Below, piece after piece: positions 13,255 through 24,422 of a stretch of 64,000 nt of DNA. The DNA is from Balanoglossus misakiensis (taxonomy: Eukaryota > Animalia > Hemichordata). The notes under the pieces were generated by a model. The model did not search any database. It was not told the DNA's origin and saw only the letters and a program-made list of their open reading frames with translations. Position 1 is the first letter of the stretch. Every line of letters begins with the position of its first letter. Both the position numbers and the translations under genes were made by a program. Location: positions 5,258,206 through 5,322,205 of the forward strand of contig CM082587.2 in the NCBI GenBank assembly GCA_040954595.2, given 5' to 3'.

Positions 13255-16200
13255 TCAGTAACCCCCACCTCTGCCATAGCCACCACCCCTGCCTCTAAAT
13301 CCACCCCCACCCCCTTGGTACCCATACCCACCACCCCCTCTGTAACCACCACCCCCTCTGTACCCTCCTCCATTGCCACCCCTGAAACCTCCCCCGCCCC
13401 CTCGGTAGCCACCGCCTCCTCCATATCCACCTCCACCAAATCTTGGTCTGTTGCCTAGGTAACCGCCACCTCCATAACCTCCCGGTGATGAAAATCTTGG
13501 ACGTTGAGCTGATGGGGGACCAAACCTGGAATGGCAACAAAAAGTACAAATCAATGCTAATTGCATTTCTTCCAGTCCAGATTTACATAGTTCACCCAAA
13601 CATATCTGAAGGCTTCAATAAGATGCTGTGTGCAAGAAATGGTATTCCCCCAGAACTCACCCTGACGGTCCACCCTCCTTGACACCGGAAGGCGCGTTCT
13701 CAACGCCGAATTTGCCAGCGTTGGGTCTGGACAGCATTTTGATGGCAGTGATCAATTTGTCCTCTTCGTCGGCGGGGGCGTCGACGCTCTCCGGGTCGCT
13801 GGAGATCTTGATGATCAGTCTCTCTATCGCAGGACGCAGTGCTACAATCTTGGCCGCTGTCTGGTGCGGCATGTTCAGATTGATCCTGTGAACAGAGGGT
13901 TTGGACATTGACAACTGATCATCAACAATACTTGGCTGTTTTTTTTTTTCAAATCTGGTCACAAAGACACCACCTGGCACTTTGAAGGCACTGACAGTTG
14001 GAACACAAAGCAGCTGGCAAAACGCTGGAAGACAGGGATGTGCCCCTGGGGACAGAGCTAGACTTACCAGTCGTCCAACTTGATGATGCCATTACTGGAG
14101 TCCACAGCCCTCGCTCCGAACAACAACAACTGCAGCGGTGACACCATGGTCATCTGTTTGGCCGAGACTGCACGCGTACGCAACTGAAACCGAAACCAGA
14201 CAACAATCATTAATGGGGAGACGTTCTTGAATGTGGGGGAAATCCTAGTGTCAAGCATGCATTCTTATCATAATGTAACTTTGAAGTCTTCATTTTCTGT
14301 TGATTTGTTCAGATTGATACCAACAGTGATGCCAGAAGTGTAAGGCAAGCAGCCTACAGACAAGTCTAGTATTCCAGACAAGTCTAGTATGTCCAGTGGG
14401 ATTTTCCTTCATAAGCCAAACACTAATCCTCCCCAAGCACCCCAGTGGCATTCTAGACGTACCTTCTCGCCGAACACGAAGAACGGCGACGGGAAATTCT
14501 GATCTCGGTTGCTGCAGTTGACGGAGTGCTTGTGGATCAGGGCGGCTTTGCCTTCCGTGGTCAGAATTTTCCGCTTCTCCTTGTGGTAGCAGACGTTGGG
14601 ATAGAGGCCCATCACCAGCAGAGTGATGATCACGTCCAGCTTGGCGTCGGGACCCGTGAAGTTGAAGATCTGGGGCGCAACACAGTCTGGAAGGGGAGGC
14701 AGAAAAAGAGACGTAGTGATCAGTTGGCTAGTTTGTAACACACCTTATCTGCAGACAGTTTTCTCAACACTATATCCACTTCCTCCCTCAGTGCAAGAAT
14801 TTTATTTTCACGCAAATGTTCACCATCATATAACACTTTTAAACACCATACCTTCTGGGAAATCAGAGCTGACAAGAATGTCTTTCAACTGATTCTGAAA
14901 AAAAATGAAAAAGAAGTGATTTACTAATAACATAAGTCTCATTTCGCTCCTGCAAATAAATCCAGGGTTACGAAGGCTCGTTCTTCCCCAAGACTTACTT
15001 TGGCTTCAGCTGTCATTCTCAGTGTTGGCATTGAGAGGGACTTGGAATCACAGAATCTGCTCTCGCTGTCCTCACCATATGATCTGTACATGAATAAAAG
15101 CACCGATAGTTTCACCGATAGTTTCAGGTAATTTGAAAACTTCCACAGCACTGATATATGAAAGACAGATTTTCTGGTACCAGAGGTGCCTTTAATAGAC
15201 AGGTTTCACTGTAGTTTAAATCACAACAATGACATTCTCCTCAATACATGTACTCCTCCCCTTAGTGGAGTGCGCACGAAAACTCAACCTACCTGGCTTC
15301 TTCCCATGCTTGGTGGGCATTCAACATGGCCACGTGGTCGCTGTAACGGGTGCCAGCATACTGCCGGTGGACCCAGTTCAGGCGTTTGGTGTCGGTGACA
15401 AACGGCTCCGGGAAGCAGGTGCTGGCCGCGATGGTGCAGACAGCATCGGCGAGACTGTGCAGAGAGATGCAGATATTCTTGTCAGTATTGGTTATTACTG
15501 TTCTGGGAGGGGGAGGGGAGCGGGCTAAGATTGGCCAAAAGACCGTGTAGGTAGTTCAGACAATGACCACTCCATGCAATACTTACTAGAACTGGCAAGA
15601 CAACACAATAGTCTTGCCTAGGCGTGGCTCGATCGGCAACTTGGCCAAGATGCGACCTAGGGGAGTCAGCTCATCGTTGCTATCTAAGGCATTCATTTCT
15701 GAAAAATAAAAATATATTTGTGAGTTGGCAGTGATATATTTGTGAGTTGGCAGTGACACACCCACATACACGCACACACACGCCACAGAAAATCCTAGAA
15801 GTCGCTTTACCTCGCAGTAAGACTTCTGCTTCAATGACAGCATCGATGGGAGGCGGTTCAATCGCCTTGGACAGGAACGGTCCAATTCCACCGAGGCGCA
15901 GCAACTTGATGGCGAGAGACAACTCGTGCAGCGGTGTACGCAAGATCTCCGGCGTGGAGTGTGTGTCCAGTCTGTGGAGACAGATGATGTTCACAAGGGT
16001 CGTTTAGATTTTTGGTTGTACACCAACAATTCAGTTCATTAATAATGAATGGAATTATTCTTACAAATTTTGGTTGTCACCAAATATACACTGAAATCAT
16101 TTCGCTGTACTGACTCAAACCGTCTTCTGATTTGGCAGTGTATCATAACAAAGAGCCACGTTCAAAGCAACATCACAAAGACATACTCACTTTGCAAATC

Positions 16201-17545
16201 TGGCCCTGCTGCAGAGATGAAAACTGAAGCCTGGCCTCACTCTTCCAGCACGGCCTCGTCTCTGTTCCAAGTTGGTTTTGGACGCCCACACGGTGGCGTA
16301 GTTCGTCATGTTGTTGTGCGATGTGAACAGTTTCATCTTTGCCCTTAAAAAGGAGAAACACACATCAATTCTCACAACCTTAAATAGCTGTGTGCTCCCT
16401 AGGCCAGTGATACAAATGTGGTCTGCAGAATTTCAACAGGGCAGCATTCTACCGTGTAGGAAAGCGTATGCATATATACTCACTTGCAAGAATCAATGAC
16501 AAAGACCACATCATTGATGGTGATACTCGTCTCTGCAATGTTGGTGGACAGGATGATCTGTGGAAAGAGACAAGTTACTTATCAGGTCCCAAATCACAGC
16601 AGCCAAAGTCATGCTGTTTTATATACACATGTACATGTACTATTTCCAGCAGAAACTAAAATGTACTCAGAGAGTATTTCTGCCCTTGACTGCGTGACTA
16701 TTTCCTACTACGACTGACCTCAATGCTGCCCCCCCCCCCCCTTCCCAATACCCACCTTTGTGACTCCATCAGGTACAGGCTCAAACACCCTGTGTTGGTC
16801 TTCTCTGGGTATTTGAGAATGCAGTGGTAAAATAGCATAGTTTCGACCTCCTGAAATACAAATAGTATAACGGAAGGATTCAATTTGTTGTGGTGATGGT
16901 GGCTGCTGTTTGTGATTTGACAGTTGCTGGGTTGAGAAAAAAAAAACTGACCAAACTCCGGATGGTCCTGCAGATGCCTCATCAGAGCAAAGATGAGATT
17001 CCAACCAGGCAGAAACACCAGAACTGCACCAGGGACGCCCAGCGACTTGATGTACTTCAGCAGTGCCTGCAACAGCGAGTAAAATATGACAGATGAAGAA
17101 AACGAGACATTTAAAAAAAAATCAAGACAAGGAAATTTCAACTGATAAACTAGCGGGGAGTTTGTTGAAGACTTCATCATTGGTAAATTTTTGGGGTGAA
17201 TTTTTAATAAGGGAATATAAACAGGAAACATACGCCAATTTCAGAAAGTTATTTACCTCGATAAGTTCAAATGACATTTCTTTTTCACTCATATTTGCCA
17301 TGGCAGCTTTGGTAGCAGGGCTATAGTCTCCACTGATCACTTTGTTCAGGTTCTCCTGTATTGGAAAAATATCACAGAGCAAATTCAGGAAAAATTATCA
17401 AAATTAACAAACAAATGTCTGTATATCCACAGGTATGTGTATGCTAGTATGTGTGCCCCAATGCATCAGTGGTCTTGTCTGTTCTACCCAGAATGAATGA
17501 ATGAATGAATGAATGAATGAATGAATGAATGAATGAATGAATGAA

Positions 17546-17644
<99 letters not shown>

Positions 17645-20600
17645 ATGAATGAATGAATGAATGACAGAATAGAATGTTGTCAAGACAACAGGTACTTACG
17701 TCATCATCATCTGGTGTCTCCTCTTCATCTCTGTCTTTCCTCTTGCGACTGTCCGGCGGTGGTACAAACCCCACCATCTGAATGGAATCTTCCAGATAGT
17801 ACTCTGAAAGAACAGGTACAGGTCAACAAGGATTACAATATTTATATTTGTGTAAAGATTTGATACCGGTAGTTTGAATGCAGCTGTCTCCAATAGCACT
17901 CATGCAGTAACAATTTTTCTAATACCATACCTTGTACTGGGTGGGTTCTACCATGGACCTCCACGACGGGACAGTTACCGAAGTATTCCGAGAACATGGT
18001 TGTGTCGATAGTGGCCGACATCAGGACGATCCTCATGTCCGGAAAGGCACGCACCATGTCGCGCAGCACAACCAAAAGGAAGTCAGTCTACATGTAGGGA
18101 AAGGGTGCAGTCTCACATCATATATTTTCACTCATATGTTTTCATTGTGAAATCACACATGTAGTATAGTCAGTGCAAAGAAAATAATCCCAGTGCAAAA
18201 ATGCAACTGTATCGGGATATCCATTCAACTCCTGAATTGCGGTTCATGTTACTTACATTGATGTCTCTTTCATGGATTTCGTCCACAATAACGTGAGAAA
18301 TCCCACGCAACCCTGCTTCCAGCTTACGTAAAAGCGTACCTGAAATCCAAGTAAATTTGTTTGATTTTAGTAATTTCACAAGATTACCTGTTGCTATGAT
18401 ACTATAGGGCCACACTGTACTCTATCAAAGTTATACAATCACCTCTATGGTAATTAATTAACCAAGTCTTGTGCGATCATCATCTCGCACAGACAGAAAA
18501 CACCACTGATAAATTACAACCACACAACATACCTACAGTACAGAACAACATGGCACCCAAGGCCCTGGGCAATGCCGACTCAAATCGCACCGAGTAGCCA
18601 ACACTGATGCCAAGCTGTTCGCCACGTTCAAAGGCAACTCTCTCTGCAACGGACACTGCACTGATACGCCTTGGCTGTCGAGGAAATTCCATGAGAAAAA
18701 TAGATTGTTCAGTAGGAGTGTACATGTCATTGTACAAAACATGTAAATACTAGAAGAGGATAACATTATACATATGCCCCTTTAACCCATTTGACACTGA
18801 GAAAGAGATGTCGGATATTTACCTGTGTGACAATTATATTGCAGTGTGCTCCCTGGCCCATGTGGATCAGCTCATCAAGAATAAACTGCGGAACCTACAT
18901 ATGAATCAAAACACAAGAGCTTTTAGACTGAGATAGAATGCACTGTAAGTTGGTTTAAAAGTGTTTGTTGCAGTCCTAATTACCAGAGTTGGCTACTACA
19001 TAGAGGTGGCCACTAACACAGGTTTGACATATATAGTGTCATGTTCATTTAATGACCCCACCACAACCTGATATGATTGTATTGTCGGAATAACAGAAAA
19101 CGTAAATGCCATTTTTGCATCTGTGTTCTAATACAAACAGAACGATTATATTTCTGATTTCATTACCTGTGTGGTTTTACCGCATCCAGTCGCACCCCTG
19201 ATGATGATGACCGAGTTGTTGTGCACGGCGTCCAGGATGACTCGCTCAGAATCCTTGACTGGTAAAGCTGCTCGCTCTTGCAACATCTGTGGAGGAAAGA
19301 GCGCGGAGACAATATTCAAACTTTCATTCATTATTCAAAATCTTCGGGGCACCTGTGTACAAGTACAGACCAATCACTGCGTGCAGAGTCACTCGGAGAG
19401 TAACAGACAAGCCAACTCACCTTTTGAAGATCTTGATCGTTATCTTTCTGATGATTGATGGATCGTAGCAGATCTTTGCTGATGTCTTCCAGTGATGCCT
19501 GAGGGGAGAGAAAGTGCACAGGATTGGAGACGATAACCTGGGGGGAGATAAATAAAACATACATGCATCCATACATCCTTACATACATACATACATCCAT
19601 CCATACATACAGACGCAACCGATCCCATAAGGTCACACTGGTAAATACATGTATGCCTATACAAATGGTACCTAAAATCATGTTTCTGCAAAATCAAGGG
19701 CAACTCGGAATACTCACATACGCCAGTGGTCCCTCGTCAATATTGCAGCTGGTCCAGGGATTCCAGTTCTGCTGGGGCGGAGACCAGGGCACAACGCCCG
19801 GACCGCTCACCGGATGAGACTCCTGGAATCTCTCCTGCCTTCCCAGAACAATGGACGTGCCGCTGTTGGATTGTTCTTCCTGATGGGAAAAGTGCAACCA
19901 ATAACAGGTGAATATGTCTACACGGACAGAATTGCTGCGTGTTTGAGATTTTAACATTGAGAAATCATGTAGAGTTTGATCTATTCTCATGACCTGCAAA
20001 CTGCCAGTTCTTGCAAGTTCTTCTCTTTTTTTGTGTGCCCAACTTCCCGTGACATGGAGATTAATCAGCTCTGAAGTGAAAGAACAGTCAGAACACGTTT
20101 TTTACCTCTTTCACCTCTGAGTTTTCAGGTACTGGCTGGATTCCATAGGCCTCCAACACTTGGGAGAGCCTGCCTTCAAGTTCTGGGTTGACGCCAACGT
20201 TGTAAGGGGCAAGCTGAAAGACAAAATGGATTAAAAGTTCAACCATCACATTCCTTCAAAAAGTTGTAGGCAAACCCACAGAAATGCAAACACTGGGAAA
20301 CAGGTCCAAACTACAAAGTTGGAGTCAATGAAGAACACACCTCATCCACCTCTTTCTTCTGTTTCGGTCCGCCGTACGCTTCAACGACACCAAGATGATA
20401 CAGCTGCCTGACCAACGACAGGGCACAGGCTTGCGAGGCAATTTTCTTGTTAGAGCCATGCTCTCGGCCGTACACATCTGCAAATAAAAGAGAAAAAACA
20501 AAACTTGACTGATGCATAAGTTTGATATCACCTCAAAACTATCCACAGTAAGTAACCACCAAAAACACTTGTCAAAAATAAAAATATCGGCACTCACTTC

Positions 20601-21739
20601 TTTTGAGCTGTTTCACAAAGATTGTCATCTCAGCCACAAAACTCCTGTAAATACAATTGATTGTAAGTTATAAGGCATGCATGGTCAATGCACAACAGCA
20701 TAATTACATGGCTTAAACAACAGATTTTACCAACCTGCACTGTATCGAAGGTGCCATACTGCTATGCTGCACTTTTCATGAAGACAATACACACACGTCT
20801 TGTAGTCAGTCTCTCCTGTCACAACCTTGGTGTGTTACCTTCAAGTGGTAAAATGACATCAAAAATAACTCATTTTTTTTTTTTTTCGTTCATTCCATTC
20901 CTGTTGCCTGAAAAAGTCTGTTGTGCGACATTCCCAGGCAACTCAAGTTTGAAGTCAAGGTCATTCCAATAGAAATTTCACTGAAATTATTATGTGTCAA
21001 TTTTTAGCATAGTTATCGTGTACACTGCAACTTCAATCAAACAAGCCTGTTTCAGTTTTTCAGTTTTGAATTCAACTCCCACAATTCTAGACTGGAGTGA
21101 TTCCTGATGTCATTTCCTGTTTCGTAGTCTGAAACGTAACACACCAAGCCGACAGCAAGTTTCGTCGACTGGCTCCTGTTGAATTCTCAGACACAGCACT
21201 TCGGTCTGACCCACCCAACAGACAGCCAGACAGAATTGTGGTATTGGCGCACGAAGCCGGGGTTCGTACACGCAAAGAAGTTCGAAATTCCAGCATTCTG
21301 AGACACGTTTTTACAGTGACTTTCCATGCACAGGTCAAAAATCTATATTTTCCACAAATGCTGGATTTCTTGTATTCATGAAAAGTGCAGCATATTCTGT
21401 CAGAAGCCGAATGGTGCATGCATTATGTGTGGACCAATCAGCTTCTTCCGAGTCTCTGTGAGAATCGGTACCTAGGATCTTTTCATACAGAAAAGAAAAT
21501 AGGTACAAACTGAGGCACTTCGGGACAAAGAACGAGTCTTGACGACAGCTGTGATGTACGACAGCTGTAGCTCTTTACTGGCGTGTACTGTGTTACCTAT
21601 TATGATCAGGTCCTACTGTGGTGTACTTGTAGTCGGCATTGACCCGATTTGTCTGCATGAATTGATGAAGCCGCGATTTGGCATTATCAAATGTCCAGTT
21701 TCCGTGGAGACCAGCATTCAGATCAACACTCTCACTCTG

Positions 21740-21776
<37 letters not shown>

Positions 21777-23019
21777 AAATAAATAATTAAATAAATAAAG
21801 CCAAAAGTTACAGCTAATGTCCCTTTAATGCCTGGCGTTTTCCTTATGTTGCGTACAAGTACATTTACTGGGTTGGGAAACTCCCACACTCCCCATATAT
21901 TAATGCACTGTTTGTGATCGGAAAGCATTTTACCTCCTCAAACTTTTTCTTATCGCCAACAGCGTCAAAATACTTCTGTCTGAAATCAGCGTGACCCCCT
22001 CCGGGCTGGTTCGGATCAAACAGTGAAGGGATAGTGGTACTGGGCTGTGGTGTCCCACCAGATAAACCTAGGGTGTTTTAAGCAAAAGCACAATTTTAAT
22101 GAAGTTAGTACATTCCACTAGTAGTCCTGCATCCTCAACACTATGCACTCACAAACCCTTCGTTGATGTGGTCTGGAATCTCCTCCTGTAGTACACTGCG
22201 ACCTTGCTAATCAACACTGCCAAATAGACTTGCTTGAAATAAGAGATAACTCAATTTGAAAGCCTGAATGTTCATTGGTTATCTATACTCTTGGGTCTTA
22301 AACAGGAAGACCCGAAACAAACAGGTATATCCAGACGATGCATGTGTACGTGTATTCACACTCACCTTCCACAACATGCGGAGGTGGGGCAACTCCGGGA
22401 GGGAGCTCAGTACCCCCTCCTCCTCCATCACCACCACCACCTCCTCCTCCTCCACCATCAGTCTGTACATCCCCTCCTCCCAATCCAAGAGGAGCCATCT
22501 GCGAGAAAATAAAATTATTATGACATAAAGTTGTATTATGGCATTCTTTCCCAGGTAAATATATGTTGCAAAATTTGGAGTTGACCTCATGATGGCGCTG
22601 TTCACACTCACCCCAGTCTGGGGCACCTCTGCCGCCTGCACATTGCCTGTTCTTACAAGGTAGTTAACAAAGTCCCTGGCCGCGTTTGCCTGTGCATCTT
22701 TCTTACTTGTGGAGTTACCGACACCTATGTAGTCGAAGCCTTCAACTCTGACCTGTGAAGTATGAAGTAAACATTGATTTTTATGAGGTCCGTGAGAATG
22801 CTTATCATAATCATGACCTCTTGTGTGAAAATCGTGGTTGTGTATTAAGAGAATATCATACTTTCTACACATTCATTTCGACAGCAAGTAAAGGCCTGAT
22901 TTTCTTACTTCGCACATGAACCGCTGGCGGTGTTTAGAACCCGCTGTCTTGAATTCATAGTTTGGTACAACTTTCCTCTTCCCACAGTAGGAATACAGGA
23001 AGTTCTTGATTTCTGCCAT
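13255..23019 (-). CDS. DHX9: ATP-dependent RNA helicase A (DHX9/maleless), 30 coding exons, about 1267 aa
   Basis: Exons: 22909-23019, 22612-22752, 22366-22498, 21934-22067, 21597-21736, 20598-20644, 20341-20477, 20106-20213, 19718-19879, 19421-19498, 19167-19286, 18823-18894, 18533-18674, 18257-18339, 17931-18087, 17700-17803, 17257-17355, 16952-17066, 16756-16850, 16484-16557, 16191-16343, 15811-15971, 15587-15698, 15293-15454, 14999-15083, 14852-14894, 14463-14686, 14068-14183, 13661-13885, 13255-13525; all GT-AG and phase-compatible. Motifs: dsRBD1 (KNFLY...[18 protein letters not shown]), dsRBD2 ([10 protein letters not shown]...[23 protein letters not shown]), [43 protein letters not shown]-terminal RGG/GY tail. 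Confidence 0.97.
15711..15754. repeat. Tandem duplication of a 22-bp unit (ATATATTTGTGAGTTGGCAGTG x2) in a DHX9 intron
   Basis: Direct repeat seen in the sequence. Confidence 0.8.
17491..17663. repeat. Compound microsatellite (GAAT)n(AAAT)n(GAAT)n
   Basis: Seen directly, inside a DHX9 intron. Confidence 0.97.
20763..21394 (-). promoter_or_regulatory. Nested inverted-repeat (dsRNA) element in the DHX9 intron
   Basis: Exact reverse-complement pairs: 20763-20782/21375-21394 (20 bp), 20826-20838/21136-21148 (13 bp), 20851-20861/21105-21115 (11 bp), 20903-20910/20935-20942 (8 bp), 21289-21297/21357-21365 (9 bp). All are mutually compatible (nested). Confidence 0.8.
20839..20907 (-). other. Candidate 69-nt poison (premature stop) cassette exon in DHX9
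   Basis: Acceptor gactttttcag| and donor AAG|gtaaca. In the phase-2 frame it reads [15 protein letters not shown] (TGA). It lies in the largest DHX9 intron. Confidence 0.6.
21741..21797. repeat. (AAAT)n microsatellite forming the polypyrimidine tract of a DHX9 acceptor
   Basis: Seen directly. Confidence 0.9.
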
Positions 23020-23085
23020 TGCACCTTTAATTTTTAGAAGAAACGGGTATTTTAAATTAACTTTAAATAGGGATACATACACAAC

Positions 23086-23166
23086 CACAGGCTCTGGAAT
23101 ACCACTAACCTAGGGGGCCCGATTAAACACCGGGCCCCCCAGGTACGTGGTATTCCAGAGCCTGTG
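23086..23166. repeat. 81-bp near-perfect hairpin (MITE-like) just upstream of the first DHX9 coding exon
   Basis: CACAGGCTCTGGAATACCAC (23086-23105) is the exact reverse complement of 23147-23166; inner arms ACCT-GGGGGCCCG / CGGGCCCCC-AGGT. Confidence 0.8.
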
Positions 23167-23364
23167 CATTGATCATACACAAGTATCGTTTCCATGGATT
23201 TTTGTTTACATCACGTTACTTCCATGTCACGTGATCGCGGACATGTTGATCGGACATTGTTGTAAATTACACAACCAACTGCTTTGCTTGTTTTTTGAAA
23301 GGCAAGGGTCAAAACAGGCTTTGTCGAGACCGTGTAGCTATGCAAAGACTATCGGTAAATGAAA

Positions 23365-23380
23365 CAAAATGGCGACTTCC
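23365..23380. promoter_or_regulatory. YY1-like motif (CAAAATGGCG) with adjacent ETS core (ACTTCC) in the probable DHX9 promoter/5' region
   Basis: Motif match about 350 bp upstream of the DHX9 ATG, between the divergent DHX9 and sialyltransferase genes. Confidence 0.4.
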
Positions 23381-24422
23381 ATGAAAACGACATCGCGTCT
23401 GGTGCGGCATGTAAAATAAACGGAATACGGATGTCTGCATTTTTCTATCCACTCAAACTTGCTCGATTCTCTGCATTATTACAGGCGAGTTTGCATAAAA
23501 GCCTCTTGCCTTCAGCTTGTCAAAGATAGAGGCACACTTACCCAGATCGGATGGACTGAAACCAGCTGCGTGTACTTCCGGGTGGACGTACGTAAAAGAA
23601 AGCGAAATGCTGTTACGACTCGTGGTGGCGCTGTACACACAATAATTCCTCGCACATCGTGTATGTTCTCACAGAACAAACCCGATTTAACGTTGTTAAA
23701 ATAAATTCTGAAATGGCATCATGTATATGTGTAAATACTCAACTAATGGGGACTATATATATTTGACATTGAGTCTCCGATATGACAGCCAGATATGACA
23801 GGAGACTGGTGAAAAATCATAATGGCACAATGAAATTTACAAATCGGTCAAACTTGATATCGACAGCTGTATCGACAGCCTGTCGAGTAGGCCCTAATTC
23901 TCTCCATCTGAAGGAAGATAATAAAGAATTCTAATGTTTCAACTTTATATTTATACAGAAAAAAATGTCAGTATACATTGCTAACCTATATAAGAAAAAC
24001 ATATCACCGAGGTTTATTCACACCCGTGTTAATTCAGCAAACACTTTTTGTGATGGAAATCAAATCAACTAGTGATAGTGAGGCGTCCCCCCTGAAAATA
24101 ATTTCCAGCTACATCAGTCGGGGGGAATCGCGACCGCTGTTTTTAAAATTCGAGGACCTTTGATCCTAACCGAAGGGGTCAGCCGTTTCACTTTCTCTGC
24201 ATTGGTGACTTGCCAACTTACTGACCGTGAGAGTTAGTGCAGCCCTACGTCACCGGTTACGTAACCCAGTCAGGGCTGCATGCATGCATGACCGAATCAT
24301 TCGCACGGAGGCGCTGGGAGGCGGTGATATCGATTAACCGGCGTAGGCTAACACACACACACACACAAGCCGAGGCGTCCCAGCACATCAACGGACGGCG
24401 AGCGGTGTCAGACAACTCGGCG

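Noticed and set aside
13132-13458. Thr/Pro-rich mucin-like ORF on the plus strand
   Set aside because: Antisense shadow of the DHX9 RGG-tail exon.
17444-17777. FIYL/FIHS-repeat ORFs, and similar poly-Ile, CMYV and CCVVL ORFs near 44897 and 62050-63050
   Set aside because: Translations of microsatellites.
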